Source of the DNA: Gemmatimonadota bacterium
GTDB taxonomy: Bacteria; Gemmatimonadota; Gemmatimonadetes; Longimicrobiales; Gaopeijiaceae
NCBI GenBank assembly: GCA_009840215.1
Contig: VXOC01000310.1
Span: 26,831 to 90,830 of the forward strand
Reading direction: 5' to 3'
Length of the DNA stretch: 64,000 bases
Shown here: one piece after another, positions 16,383-25,410 of the stretch
How positions within the stretch are numbered: the first letter of the stretch is position 1
Layout: each line of letters opens with the position of its first letter
Made by a program: the position numbers and the translations under genes
The notes under the pieces: model-generated
Told to the model about the DNA's origin: nothing
The model's database searches: none
The model's input: only the letters and a program-made list of their open reading frames with translations

Positions 16383-18098
16383 TCAGAAGAACTGCAGAAA
16401 CAGGAACGCCGCCAGCAGAATCGAAACCCAGAGCACCATGCTCCCCGCCGGCCACGTGCGCGCCAGAATCCCCTTGGGCCCATGCGCCCGGAACGCCCCC
16501 CGCAGCGTCCGGTCCACCGTCTTCAGCACGGTCCCCCGGAACGCCCTGTCCACACCCGACACCACCGCACCCGTCCACCGGGTCACCTTCACCGCCGCCC
16601 GCCGGTACACCCAGTCAGCGTCCAGGTTCACCGAGGGGATCTCGGCCGGGTAGATCTTCCACAGGTGGAAGGCCGCGACCGCGCCGATGGCGAAGCACAG
16701 AAGCTGGATCTGCGTGAGTATATGAGTATATGTGTAGGGTTCGTACTCCGCCGCCTCCCCCCCATGCGGAAGAATCCCGTAGAGCAGGTCCGGCCAGATC
16801 CCGATCGCCAGGCACGCGGCCGCGGCAATCCCCATCGCGACCAGCATGTTGCCGGGAGGCTCGCGGGTGCGGATGCCCGAGTCGTGCGCGAAGAAGGCGA
16901 AGTAGGGGATCTTGATTCCCGCGTGCTCGACCACCCCGGCGGACGCGAAGAGCATGACCGGCCAGATCCAGTAGTGGTGCTCGTAGAGGAGCGCGGACAT
17001 GATCATGCTCTTGGACACGAAGGCGTTGAAGAGGGGGACCGCGGAGATCGACAGCGCGCCGACGATGCAGAGGATCGCGGTCTTCGGCATCGTCTTGTAT
17101 AGGCCGCCCAGCTCCGACGCCTTCGTCTTGCCCGTCATGTGCATGACCGCGCCCATGGCCATGAAGAGCAGCCCCTTGAAGAGCACGTCGTTGAAGGCGT
17201 GGCTGACGGCCCCGTTGATCGCCAGGTGCGTCCCCACCCCGATCCCGCACACCATGAAGCCGATCTGGTTGATCATCGAGTAGCCGAGGGTGCGGCGCAG
17301 GTCGTTCTCGATGACCGCGTAGAAGATCGGGAAGCAGGCCATGACCGCGCCGACGTAGATGAGGATATCCGTCCCTGCGAAGCCGCGGGCCAGCGCGTAG
17401 ACGGCCACCTTGGTCGTGAAGGCGCAGAGGAAGACGGTGCCGGTCGGGGTCGCCTCGGGGTAGGCGTCGATCAGCCAGCTGTGCAGGAGCGGGAAGGCGG
17501 CCTTGACCCCGAAGGCCAGGAAGATCAGCCACGCGGCCAGTCCCTCGAGCTCCATCAGCCCGAATTCCAGGCTGCCGGTCTGGTGCGCGTGCACCATGGC
17601 GCCGGCCAGCAGCGTCACCCCGGAGACGACGTGGACCAGGAGGTAACGCAGGCCGGAACGGACGGCGCGCGGCGAACGGCGGGCCCAGATCAGGAAGACG
17701 GAGCTGACCGCCAGCAGTTCCCAGAAGACGAAGAGGGTGATGAAGTCGCCCGCGAAGACCGCGCCCAGCGCGCTCCCCGCGTAGACGACCGCCGAGGTGT
17801 GCTGCAGGGTGGGACGGTCCCCGTCCTTGAGGTGCAGCGAGTACACGATCGAGATGAAGGCGCCGAGGTGGAAGAGGTAGCCGAAGAGGAGGCTGAGGCG
17901 GTCGGCGCGGACGGGCGTCAGGGTGTAACCCAGGAACTCGAACTGGAGCTGGTAGCCCTCCTGGATCCCCATCACGTTGAGCGCGCCCACGATCGGGATC
18001 ATCAGGAGCCACGCCGCGCGGACGACGGGCATGCCGCGCAGGAAGGGCACCACCAGCGCGCCGGCCAGGAAGATCAGGAACGGAGGGACGCTACTCAT
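16383..18098 (-). CDS. Mrp/Mnh antiporter subunit D-family (NuoL/M/N-like proton-pumping subunit), 571 aa
   Basis: Polytopic membrane protein with the Proton_antipo_M pattern (..FVFWELLAVSS.., ..LHSWLIDAYPEATPTGT.., ..KAAFPLH..). Confidence 0.85.
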   Translation of the reverse strand: MSSVPPFLIFLAGALVVPFLRGMPVVRAAWLLMIPIVGALNVMGIQEGYQLQFEFLGYTLTPVRADRLSLLFGYLFHLGAFISIVYSLHLKDGDRPTLQHTSAVVYAGSALGAVFAGDFITLFVFWELLAVSSVFLIWARRSPRAVRSGLRYLLVHVVSGVTLLAGAMVHAHQTGSLEFGLMELEGLAAWLIFLAFGVKAAFPLLHSWLIDAYPEATPTGTVFLCAFTTKVAVYALARGFAGTDILIYVGAVMACFPIFYAVIENDLRRTLGYSMINQIGFMVCGIGVGTHLAINGAVSHAFNDVLFKGLLFMAMGAVMHMTGKTKASELGGLYKTMPKTAILCIVGALSISAVPLFNAFVSKSMIMSALLYEHHYWIWPVMLFASAGVVEHAGIKIPYFAFFAHDSGIRTREPPGNMLVAMGIAAAACLAIGIWPDLLYGILPHGGEAAEYEPYTYTHILTQIQLLCFAIGAVAAFHLWKIYPAEIPSVNLDADWVYRRAAVKVTRWTGAVVSGVDRAFRGTVLKTVDRTLRGAFRAHGPKGILARTWPAGSMVLWVSILLAAFLFLQFF

Positions 18099-18339
18099 CT
18101 TCGTAGTAGTCCTCCCGACGCATGACCAACCGCCTCAGCACCTTCGAGATCAGGATCAGTAGCGAGATCCCCACGAACCCGAAGACCGGGTACATGATCG
18201 GCCACTCTTCGAGGGGATGATGAACCTCGCGGTCCACGAAGAGGTCCCACCCCAGCACGATCGCGCACAGGGCGAAGAAGATCACCAGAATCCGGCCCGC
18301 CCAGGGCGGCGGCACGCTGTTGGGCTTGTGCTCGCTCAT
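18091..18339 (-). CDS. small membrane protein inside the Mrp cluster (82 aa)
   Basis: Internal ATG gives MSEHKPNSVPPPWAGRILVIFFALCAIVLGW...VFGFVGISLLILISK.. with two predicted TM helices. Its start overlaps the upstream stop by 4 nt and its stop region overlaps the downstream start by 8 nt. Confidence 0.6.
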   Translation of the reverse strand: MSEHKPNSVPPPWAGRILVIFFALCAIVLGWDLFVDREVHHPLEEWPIMYPVFGFVGISLLILISKVLRRLVMRREDYYEDE

Positions 18340-19847
18340 GGTCCCGCCACCATGCTCATGAGCCGGTAGAACGGCTCGGGGTAGACGAAGAGGATGACGC
18401 AGGCGACCGAGGTGGTCACGATCGCGGCCATCGACCACCTGAGGATGGCGGGGGCATGGCCGTGGTCATCGTGGGCGTCGGCGCTCCCGTGGTCCGCGTG
18501 GCCTCCGTGGCCTCCCGCCTGCCCATCCGCCTTCCCGAAGAACCCCTTCAGCGGAATCTCCATCAGGTACGCAAGCGACAGCAGCGAGCTCACCATCAGC
18601 ACCGCTACCAGCCCCACCTGCCCCGCCTCCAGCGATCCCACGCCCAGGAACCACTTGCTCCACGACCCACCCGTCGGCGGCAGCCCCACGATCGACAGCG
18701 TCCCGATGAAGAACGCCGCGAAGGTCACCGGCATCCTGCGCCCCAGTCCGCCCAGCTGGCTCACTTCGCTCTTGTGGGCGGCCACCATGATCGCTCCGGC
18801 GCAGAAGAAGAGGGTGATCTTGCCGAAGGCGTGCATGGCGATGTGCATGCCGCTCCCGATCACCCCCCAGCTGTTGGCCAGCATGGCCCCGAGCACGACG
18901 TAGGACAGCTGACTTACCGTCGAGTATGCGAGACGCGCCTTCAGGTTGTCCTTCGTGAAGGCCACCAGCGAACCCAGGATGATCGTCGCGGCCGCCACCC
19001 ACATGAGCCATACCGACGCCCCCTCCGCGCCCAGGAAGTCGATCCCGAAGACGTAGACGGTCACCTTCAGCACCGCGAAGACTCCCGCCTTGACGACCGC
19101 CACCGCGTGAAGCAGGGCGCTCACCGGAGTGGGCGCTACCATGGCGGCCGGAAGCCAGCGGTGGAAGGGCATGACCGCCGCCTTGCCGATCCCGAAGACG
19201 TACAACCCCAGCAGTATCGGGACGACCGCCCCCGCCGCCTCCCCGTTCAGGATCCCGCCGTCCTGGAAGTCCAGCGTGCCCGTGATCGCATACGTCCACA
19301 CAATCGCCAGCAGCTGCAACGCGATCGAGGTGGTGAAGAGGATGCCCAGGTACACGCGTCCCGCCCGCTTCGCCTTCTCGGTGCCCGCGTGGGTGACCAG
19401 CGGGAAGGTGGTCAGCGAGAGGACCTCGTAGAAGACGAAGAGGGTGAAGAGGTTGCCCGCGAAGGCGACCCCCATCACGGAGGCGATCGCGAAGGCGAAG
19501 AAGAGGTAGAAGCGCGTCTGGTTCTTCTCGTGGTGGCCGCGCATGTACCCAATCGAGTACATGGTGGTGACGATCCACAGGAACGACGCGATCAGGGCGA
19601 AGAGGACGCCGAGGGGCTCGGCCTCGAGAGCAAGCGGGAGCCCGGGGATCGGCTCGGCGAGCACCAGCGACGGACGGCCGCCCTCGCTCACCGCCGCGTA
19701 GACCCGCAGAACGATCGCGAAGAGCGCCCCCGCGGTGACCAGGCTGGCCGCTTCGCGCGCGTTGGGGTTGCGGCGCAGGAGAAGGATCAGGCCGGCGCCG
19801 ACAACCGGAACGGCCAGCGACAGTCCCAGCATCGTCTCGACGGTCAC
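18336..19847 (-). CDS. mrpD: Mrp/Mnh antiporter subunit D (NuoN-like)
   Basis: 503 aa. Contains ..FVFYEVLSLTTF.., ..HRWLPAAMVAPTPVSALLHAV.. and ..AYSTVSQLSYV.. Confidence 0.85.
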   Translation of the reverse strand: MTVETMLGLSLAVPVVGAGLILLLRRNPNAREAASLVTAGALFAIVLRVYAAVSEGGRPSLVLAEPIPGLPLALEAEPLGVLFALIASFLWIVTTMYSIGYMRGHHEKNQTRFYLFFAFAIASVMGVAFAGNLFTLFVFYEVLSLTTFPLVTHAGTEKAKRAGRVYLGILFTTSIALQLLAIVWTYAITGTLDFQDGGILNGEAAGAVVPILLGLYVFGIGKAAVMPFHRWLPAAMVAPTPVSALLHAVAVVKAGVFAVLKVTVYVFGIDFLGAEGASVWLMWVAAATIILGSLVAFTKDNLKARLAYSTVSQLSYVVLGAMLANSWGVIGSGMHIAMHAFGKITLFFCAGAIMVAAHKSEVSQLGGLGRRMPVTFAAFFIGTLSIVGLPPTGGSWSKWFLGVGSLEAGQVGLVAVLMVSSLLSLAYLMEIPLKGFFGKADGQAGGHGGHADHGSADAHDDHGHAPAILRWSMAAIVTTSVACVILFVYPEPFYRLMSMVAGP

Positions 19848-19860
19848 GGCACACCCCCGA

Positions 19861-21342
19861 TCATGGCCCGACCCCCGTCATCAGCACCTCGGCCGCCCGC
19901 TCCGCGACCTGGGCCGTGCGCACGGCGTTGATCCCGAAGTAGAGATTCGCCCCAACCAGCGCCCAGGTCGGCACGAGCAGACGCCACGGCGCCTCCACCC
20001 CCACCCCCTCATCCCCCTCATACGGCCGGAAGTACGCCGCCTCCACCACGCGCCACACGTACACGAGCGCCAGCACCGAAGCCAGCAGCACGATCACCGC
20101 CACCGGCCACCACCCCCGCTCCAGCGCCCCCAGGATCAGGAACCACTTGCTCACGAACCCCACCGTGAGCGGCACGCCCACCAGACTCAGTCCCCCCAGC
20201 ACGAAGGCCGCCATCGTCCACGGCATCCGCTTACCCAGTCCGGCCATCGCGTCGATGTGCACCGATCCGATCCGGTAGACCACGCAACCCATCGCCATGA
20301 AGAGAGCGCCCTTCATGAGCGCGTGATTGAAGAGGTGCAACAGCGTGGCCGTCAGCCCGGTCACCGATGCGAAGGACAGCCCCAGGACCATGTAGCCGAT
20401 CTGCGCCACCGACGAGTACGCCAGCAGGCGTTTCACGTCGACCTGGAAGATCGCCACCAGCGACATGCTCACGATCGCCACCAGCGCGAGCGGCAGCAGC
20501 ACCCGGTCGAGCGCCATCACGCCGAAGGAGAAGGGCGCGCCGAAGATCGTCAGGAAGAACCGGAGCAGCATGTAGACCGCGACCTTGGTGGCCGTCGACG
20601 CCATGAAGGCGGTCACCGCCGAAGGGGCGAAGGCGTACGCGTTCGGGAGCCAGAGGTGGAGCGGGAAGAGCGCCAGCTTGAGGCAGAACCCCACGCCGAG
20701 GAAGCCGTACGCGACCTTCACGGTGCGCGAGTCCCACACCTCCGGCAGCAGCACGGCCAGGTCCGCCATGTTGAGCGAGCCGGTCATCACGTAGAGGAGC
20801 CCGATCCCGATCACGATGAAGGTGGCCCCCACCGATCCCATGACCAGGTAGCGGAAGGCCGCCGTCAGCGCGCGGCGTCGCGTCCCCATGGCGATGAGCG
20901 CGTACGCCGAGAGCGACGAGATCTCGAGGAAGACGAAGACGTTGAACACGTCGCCGGTGACGGTGATGCCCAGCAGCCCGCAGAGGCAGAGAAGGTAGGC
21001 CGCGTAGAAGAGGGGGATGCGCCGCCGCTCGACCTCGTCCTCGACGCTCGTGATCATGTACGGCGCCACGGCGGAGGCGATGGTGGACACGATGACCAGC
21101 ACCCACGCGTTGACGATGTCGACCCGGTACTCGATCCCGATCGGCGGCACCCAGTCCCCCAGGGCGTACGAGATCACGCCGGCGGACATCACGTCACCCA
21201 GCAGGGACAGGGCGATCGCCAGCGTCGCCCAGCTGGCCAGTACCGCAATCACCGCCGCCGCACGCGCGTTGCGGATCAGGGCGCAGACGGGGGCCGCCAG
21301 CAGCGGCACCACCACCTGGAGGACCGGGAGGTGGGTGGACAT
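19861..21342 (-). CDS. mrpD: Mrp/Mnh antiporter subunit D (NuoN-like), second copy
   Basis: 493 aa. Contains ..FVFLEISSLSAY.., ..HLWLPNAYAFAPSAVTAF.. and ..AYSSVAQIGYM.. Confidence 0.85.
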   Translation of the reverse strand: MSTHLPVLQVVVPLLAAPVCALIRNARAAAVIAVLASWATLAIALSLLGDVMSAGVISYALGDWVPPIGIEYRVDIVNAWVLVIVSTIASAVAPYMITSVEDEVERRRIPLFYAAYLLCLCGLLGITVTGDVFNVFVFLEISSLSAYALIAMGTRRRALTAAFRYLVMGSVGATFIVIGIGLLYVMTGSLNMADLAVLLPEVWDSRTVKVAYGFLGVGFCLKLALFPLHLWLPNAYAFAPSAVTAFMASTATKVAVYMLLRFFLTIFGAPFSFGVMALDRVLLPLALVAIVSMSLVAIFQVDVKRLLAYSSVAQIGYMVLGLSFASVTGLTATLLHLFNHALMKGALFMAMGCVVYRIGSVHIDAMAGLGKRMPWTMAAFVLGGLSLVGVPLTVGFVSKWFLILGALERGWWPVAVIVLLASVLALVYVWRVVEAAYFRPYEGDEGVGVEAPWRLLVPTWALVGANLYFGINAVRTAQVAERAAEVLMTGVGP

Positions 21343-21361
21343 CAGCGGTGGCCCTCGGCCC

Positions 21362-21760
21362 TCACTCCGCCGCCTCCCTCTCCGCCTCGATGCGGCTGAT
21401 CTCGTCTTCCTCCAACGTTCCGTAAGCCTCCTTGATGCGCACGGCCAGGGCGAGCCCCACCGAGGTCGTGGCGATGCCCACCACGATCGCGGTCAGGATC
21501 AGCACGTGCGGCAGGGGGTTGGAGTACATGACTTCGGCGGCTGCCTCGCCCCCACCCTTCGGGTCCACCAGGATCGGCGGTGTCCCCCCGGTGATCTTCC
21601 CCATGCTAATGTACAACATGAAGACAGCGGTCTGAAATACGTTTAGACCAACGACTTTCTTAATCAGATTCCCGCGGGAGATGAGGATGTAAAACCCGAC
21701 CATCATCAGGAAGATGACGACCCAGTAGTTGTAGTGGGAGACGAAGAGATCGAGCCTCAC
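21362..21760 (-). CDS. mrpC: Mrp/Mnh antiporter subunit C (NuoK-like)
   Basis: GTG at 21760 preceded by GGAGGG. VRLDLFVSHYNYWVVIFLMMVGFYILISRGNLIKKVVGLNVF.. matches MnhC from its first residues. The longer Arg-rich N-terminus in the ORF track was rejected. Confidence 0.8.
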   Translation of the reverse strand: MRLDLFVSHYNYWVVIFLMMVGFYILISRGNLIKKVVGLNVFQTAVFMLYISMGKITGGTPPILVDPKGGGEAAAEVMYSNPLPHVLILTAIVVGIATTSVGLALAVRIKEAYGTLEEDEISRIEAEREAAE

Positions 21761-21827
21761 GGTTCCCTCCTCCCATCGCGAGGGACGGCGCGGGCGCGGC
21801 CGGGCGCGACGGCGAAGCGCTCCGGCA

Positions 21828-22262
21828 TCACGAGTCGCTCCTTCCACGTCCGGCGAAGTGGTAGAAGACCGTCACCATGACCCCGAATACCGTCACCAGA
21901 ACCCCCAGCTCCACCAACAGGATGCCGTAGTGCTGGCCGTGCTCGGGGTGCGTGGGATCGGGGGCGAGCGCGTTGTAGCCCAGGTAGTTGTGACCCAGGA
22001 GCATCGTCACCACGCCCACACCCGCGAAGATCAGCACGCCCAGCGCGGCGCACATCCGGGTGAACCAGAGCGGCAGCACCTTCTGCACCGCTTCGAGCCC
22101 GTAGACCAGCGCGAGCAGGGCGAAGGCGGCGGCCAGGATCACGCCCGCCTGGAACCCTCCCCCGGGGCTGTAGTCGCCGTGGAAGTGCACGTACAGGGCG
22201 AACATGATGATGAAGGGGGCGAGGAACTTCGCGCCCACGCGGATGATGATCTCCTCTCTCAT
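21828..22262 (-). CDS. mrpB: Mrp/Mnh antiporter subunit B
   Basis: 144 aa. ..FHGDYSPGGGFQAGVILAAAF.. is the typical MnhB-domain signature. Confidence 0.8.
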   Translation of the reverse strand: MREEIIIRVGAKFLAPFIIMFALYVHFHGDYSPGGGFQAGVILAAAFALLALVYGLEAVQKVLPLWFTRMCAALGVLIFAGVGVVTMLLGHNYLGYNALAPDPTHPEHGQHYGILLVELGVLVTVFGVMVTVFYHFAGRGRSDS

Positions 22263-22837
22263 CCGTCCTCACCCTCCCCGGCGGTGCCGCCGCCTCCACC
22301 TCCTCGCGACCTTGGCCGCCTCGCGCCCGAGAGCAACAGCATCACCCCCACCGCCGCCGCGAAGACCACCGTCGTCTCGCCCATCGTGTCGTAGCCGCGG
22401 TAGGAGGCCAGCACCGAGGTCACCACGTTGGGGATGCCGATCTCGTCGTAGCTCTCCTCGATGTAGTGGTCCGCCACGTGGTGATGCACGGGGTTCTCGG
22501 GGTGGCCGAATCCGGGCATGTCCATCGTCCCGTAGACGAGTGCCCCGCCGGTCACCACGACCACGAGGAGCGGGAGGAGCGGGGTGTGGCCGGGACGGTT
22601 CTCGTGGTGCCCGGCCAGCGCAAGGGCGCCCAGGAAGAGCACGGTCGAGATCCCCGCGCCCACCGCCGCCTCGGTGAAGGCCACGTCCACCGCGTCCATG
22701 ACGGTGAAGAGACCGGCCGAGAGCAGCGAGTAGATCCCGGCCAGCATGACCACCGCAAAGAGGTTCCGGACCTTCAGCAGGGCGAACCCGGCCGCGCCCA
22801 GCAGGGTGAACAGGACGATGTCGACCACGATGTTCAC
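22259..22837 (-). CDS. Mrp subunit with DUF4040 (MbhD-like) plus MnhB-type segment, equivalent to the C-terminal part of MrpA
   Basis: 192 aa. ..AVDVAFTEAAVGAGISTVLF.. (DUF4040) and ..NVVTSVLASYRGYDTMGETTVVF.. (MnhB-type). It overlaps its neighbours by 4 nt. Confidence 0.8.
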   Translation of the reverse strand: MNIVVDIVLFTLLGAAGFALLKVRNLFAVVMLAGIYSLLSAGLFTVMDAVDVAFTEAAVGAGISTVLFLGALALAGHHENRPGHTPLLPLLVVVVTGGALVYGTMDMPGFGHPENPVHHHVADHYIEESYDEIGIPNVVTSVLASYRGYDTMGETTVVFAAAVGVMLLLSGARRPRSRGGGGGGTAGEGEDG

Positions 22838-23178
22838 GGCGCGCCACCTCCCTCCCCTTCACCGTCCGTGCCCGCCCCCAGCGTATACGGCTCCGTCCCG
22901 CCGGAGAGCGCCGCCTTCGCCAGCGCGTGCGTCGCGATCGGGCTCGTGAACCACAGGAACGCGAGAATGAGCACGAGCCGCACCGTGACGAGGTTGGCGC
23001 CGCTGTACAGGCACAGCCCCGCGAGGATCAGCCCCGCACCCATGGTGTCGGCCATCCCCGCCGCATGCATGCGCGTGAACACGTCCGGAAGCCTCACCAT
23101 CCCCAGCGCGCCCGTCACCAGGAAGAAGGCGCCCGAGAGGAGCAATGCCCAGGTCAGCACGGAGAGCACCTGGTCCAT
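22834..23178 (-). CDS. mrpG: Mrp/Mnh antiporter subunit G
   Basis: Internal ATG of ORF 22834..23790. MDQVLSVLTWALLLSGAFFLVTGALGMVRLPDVFTRMHAAGMADT.. is the canonical MnhG N-terminus. Confidence 0.85.
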   Translation of the reverse strand: MDQVLSVLTWALLLSGAFFLVTGALGMVRLPDVFTRMHAAGMADTMGAGLILAGLCLYSGANLVTVRLVLILAFLWFTSPIATHALAKAALSGGTEPYTLGAGTDGEGEGGGAP

Positions 23179-23477
23179 CACGGCTCCATCTCCATCGCCT
23201 TGCGGCGCCGCGATCCACCACTCGTCCCCAGGTCCCCGTACTCGATGTACTTGAGCACCGCGATCGTGCCGATGAAGTTGATCAGCGCGTAGGCGAGCGC
23301 GAGGTCGAGGAAGTCGGGACGGCCGTTCAGGAACCCGAGCACCGCGATCAGCACGACGGTCTTGGTGCCGATGTTGTTCAGCGCAAGCACCCGGTCGTAC
23401 GCGGTGGGCCCCAGGAGCGCCCGGCACATGGCCAGGCACATGGCGACGAGCAGCGCGGCGGCGGTGACGGCGAACAC
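23178..23477 (-). CDS. mrpF: Mrp/Mnh antiporter subunit F
   Basis: 99 aa. ..RALLGPTAYDRVLALNNIGTKTVVLI.. is the MnhF pattern. Its stop overlaps the mrpG ATG by 1 nt. Confidence 0.85.
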   Translation of the reverse strand: MFAVTAAALLVAMCLAMCRALLGPTAYDRVLALNNIGTKTVVLIAVLGFLNGRPDFLDLALAYALINFIGTIAVLKYIEYGDLGTSGGSRRRKAMEMEP

Positions 23478-23480
23478 GGC

Positions 23481-23960
23481 CTAGCCGCCCTCTCCCTCCA
23501 GCACCGCCACGCGCCGGTTCATGTCGTTCTCCTCCGAACCGTCGATCTCCTCCTGCACGATGGCGTGGACCTCGAAGTCGTCCCCGACGATCCCGGTCGT
23601 GACCGTGCCCGGGGTGAGCGTGATCGAGTTGGCGTAGATGAAGCGGCCCAGGTCGGTCTTCTGCGAGGCCTCGAAATGCACGATCGAGGGGTCGACACGC
23701 ACCCTCGGGGCCAGAATGATCCGCGCCACCCGCACGTTCGACTTGAAGATCTCCCAGACCAGCCAGGGGACGTAGCGAATCCCCCTCCACACCAGGTGCA
23801 CAGGAACCGATTCGCGGTCCACGATGCCCATGCGGGCGCCCACGACGACCGCGATCGTGCAGGTCGCCAGCCCAAATCCGATGAAGAGCGGCTCAAAGTG
23901 GTTCGAAAGAGGGAGCCAGAGGGCGAACAGAATCCCCCACAGCCAGAGGACGCGGTTCAA
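23481..23960 (-). CDS. mrpE: Mrp/Mnh antiporter subunit E
   Basis: 159 aa. ..VWEIFKSNVRVARIILAPR.. and ..ANSITLTPGTVT.. are typical of MnhE. Confidence 0.85.
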   Translation of the reverse strand: MNRVLWLWGILFALWLPLSNHFEPLFIGFGLATCTIAVVVGARMGIVDRESVPVHLVWRGIRYVPWLVWEIFKSNVRVARIILAPRVRVDPSIVHFEASQKTDLGRFIYANSITLTPGTVTTGIVGDDFEVHAIVQEEIDGSEENDMNRRVAVLEGEGG

Positions 23961-24014
23961 GTGATGGATTCTCCCTCGTTCGGTGCCGTGGTCGGAAATC
24001 TGCCGCGGGCGAAT

Positions 24015-24575
24015 CTACCAGTTGGACTGGGCCCCGTCCACTATCTCCTGCACCAGAAGCTTGATCGCCTCGGTGCGTCCCACGTCCTCGGTCTCGCTGG
24101 CGTCGAGGTACTGTCCCACGACCCGGAGCCGGGAGTCGTCCCACAGGATCGTGTACTCCTCGCGGTCCAGGATCTCCACCTGGACCTGCAACACCACCTC
24201 GCGCTGCAGGACCTCGACGCTCTCCTCCTGCTGCCCGCGGCGGTACAGGGGCGCCGTGAGCTGGTAGTTCAGAATCGTGCCGCTCAGCACCGCGTCGGCC
24301 GTCTCCTCGCCCGCGGGGTTCAGTCCGAGCGCTCGCGGAAGCTGCCGCACGAGGGCGTCGTGAATCTCCTGGGTCAGCTCGAAGCGGCCGGTCTCGTTCT
24401 CGAACGGAAGTACCGCGATCGTGCGGATGTGGTCGGGCAGGCCGGCACCCGCAATGAAGGAGTAGTTGCAACCGCCGGTGGCGATGCCGACCGCCAGGAG
24501 TCCGGCCACGGCGAGGCTGAACCCCGTCCCTCTTCGGCCGGCCCGGAGGTCGGACATGCGTGTGCGCCGGGTCAT
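24015..24575 (-). CDS. lptE: LptE-like LPS-assembly lipoprotein
   Basis: Lipobox ..IATGGCNYSFIAGAGLPDHIRTIAVLPFENETGRFELTQEI.. resembles the FCB-type LptE N-terminus. The start is uncertain (ATG ending at 24575 or at 24557). Confidence 0.65.
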   Translation of the reverse strand: MTRRTRMSDLRAGRRGTGFSLAVAGLLAVGIATGGCNYSFIAGAGLPDHIRTIAVLPFENETGRFELTQEIHDALVRQLPRALGLNPAGEETADAVLSGTILNYQLTAPLYRRGQQEESVEVLQREVVLQVQVEILDREEYTILWDDSRLRVVGQYLDASETEDVGRTEAIKLLVQEIVDGAQSNW

Positions 24576-24579
24576 CCCG

Positions 24580-25281
24580 CTACGGCCGCCCGGGGTTCCA
24601 GATGTGCGGTGGAAACGGGTCCACATGCTCGAAGGACTCCAGTTTCAGCTCGAGTTCACGGTAGTCACGAAGATTACGATAGGTCGCCTCGGCGGGGTAG
24701 GCCGACGCCTCTCCGGGCCCGGCGACCACCACGCGTTCCACCTCCTCTCCATCCCGCAGCACGGCGGCCTCCCCCACTGCGAGCTCCCGCATCCGGTAGC
24801 GGAGCAGGTCGCCCCCGGGAAGCCCGAACCGCAACTCCATCGCCCCGTTGGCGCGCCGGCCCTCCAGCACTTCCACTCCCGCACCCGGACGGAACACCCC
24901 GAACGCCGCCCACAGGAGCGCCGGAGGAGGGACGAGTTCCAGGGGAAGCGACGGGGGGACCCGCAGGTCGTCGCCCACAAGAGCCACGATGGCAGCGGTT
25001 TCGCCGTTGTCGAGGAAGAGGTCCAGGCGCGCCTTGTCGGGGGGCTCCACGCGCGCCACCCCGAAGCCCGAGTCGCGGAAGTCGGGCTCGCGGGCACGCC
25101 ACGCGAAGGTCAGCTGGACCGGCCGGTCGATCCGGCTCGCCTCGCTCGCGATGCGCACCTGAGCGTCCAGATCCGAACGGGGCAGGGCCGGAGCCGAACG
25201 CAGGCCGGAACCCGCGCATCCTGCGGTGGCGAGCAGTGCCGGAAACACGACCGCCGCACACTGCCGGGACCGCCGGGCCAC
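24580..25281 (-). CDS. lipoprotein, LolB/DUF4292-like
   Basis: Only the last 233 codons of ORF 24580..26901 look real. A GTG at 25281 gives VARRSRQCAAVVFPALLATAGC (lipobox). The rest of that ORF is antisense to lpxH. Confidence 0.55.
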   Translation of the reverse strand: MARRSRQCAAVVFPALLATAGCAGSGLRSAPALPRSDLDAQVRIASEASRIDRPVQLTFAWRAREPDFRDSGFGVARVEPPDKARLDLFLDNGETAAIVALVGDDLRVPPSLPLELVPPPALLWAAFGVFRPGAGVEVLEGRRANGAMELRFGLPGGDLLRYRMRELAVGEAAVLRDGEEVERVVVAGPGEASAYPAEATYRNLRDYRELELKLESFEHVDPFPPHIWNPGRP

Positions 25282-25410
25282 CGCGAACCAGAACCCCCGC
25301 GCCGGCGAACCCGGTACGGCCTCCACAGGCGGGAATCCGCCAACGACCACCTGCTCCACCGCCTTCCCCGCGGTTTCCCTGGCAACCCGCGGACCGCTAG
25401 CTTCGGCGTC

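Noticed and set aside
16713-16736. AT-rich gagtatat-gagtatat-gtgtag patch resembling a tandem repeat or promoter.
   Set aside because: It lies inside the coding frame of the 571-aa Mrp D-family gene (encoding ..YTYTHILTQ..). It is explained by the amino-acid sequence.
21761-21847. Longer mrpC start (ATG at 21847) giving an Arg-rich 29-aa N-terminal extension that overlaps mrpB.
   Set aside because: The extension (MEGATRDAGALRRRARPRPRRPSRWEEGT) is not membrane-protein-like. The GTG at 21760 has GGAGGG upstream, and the product then aligns with MnhC from residue 1.
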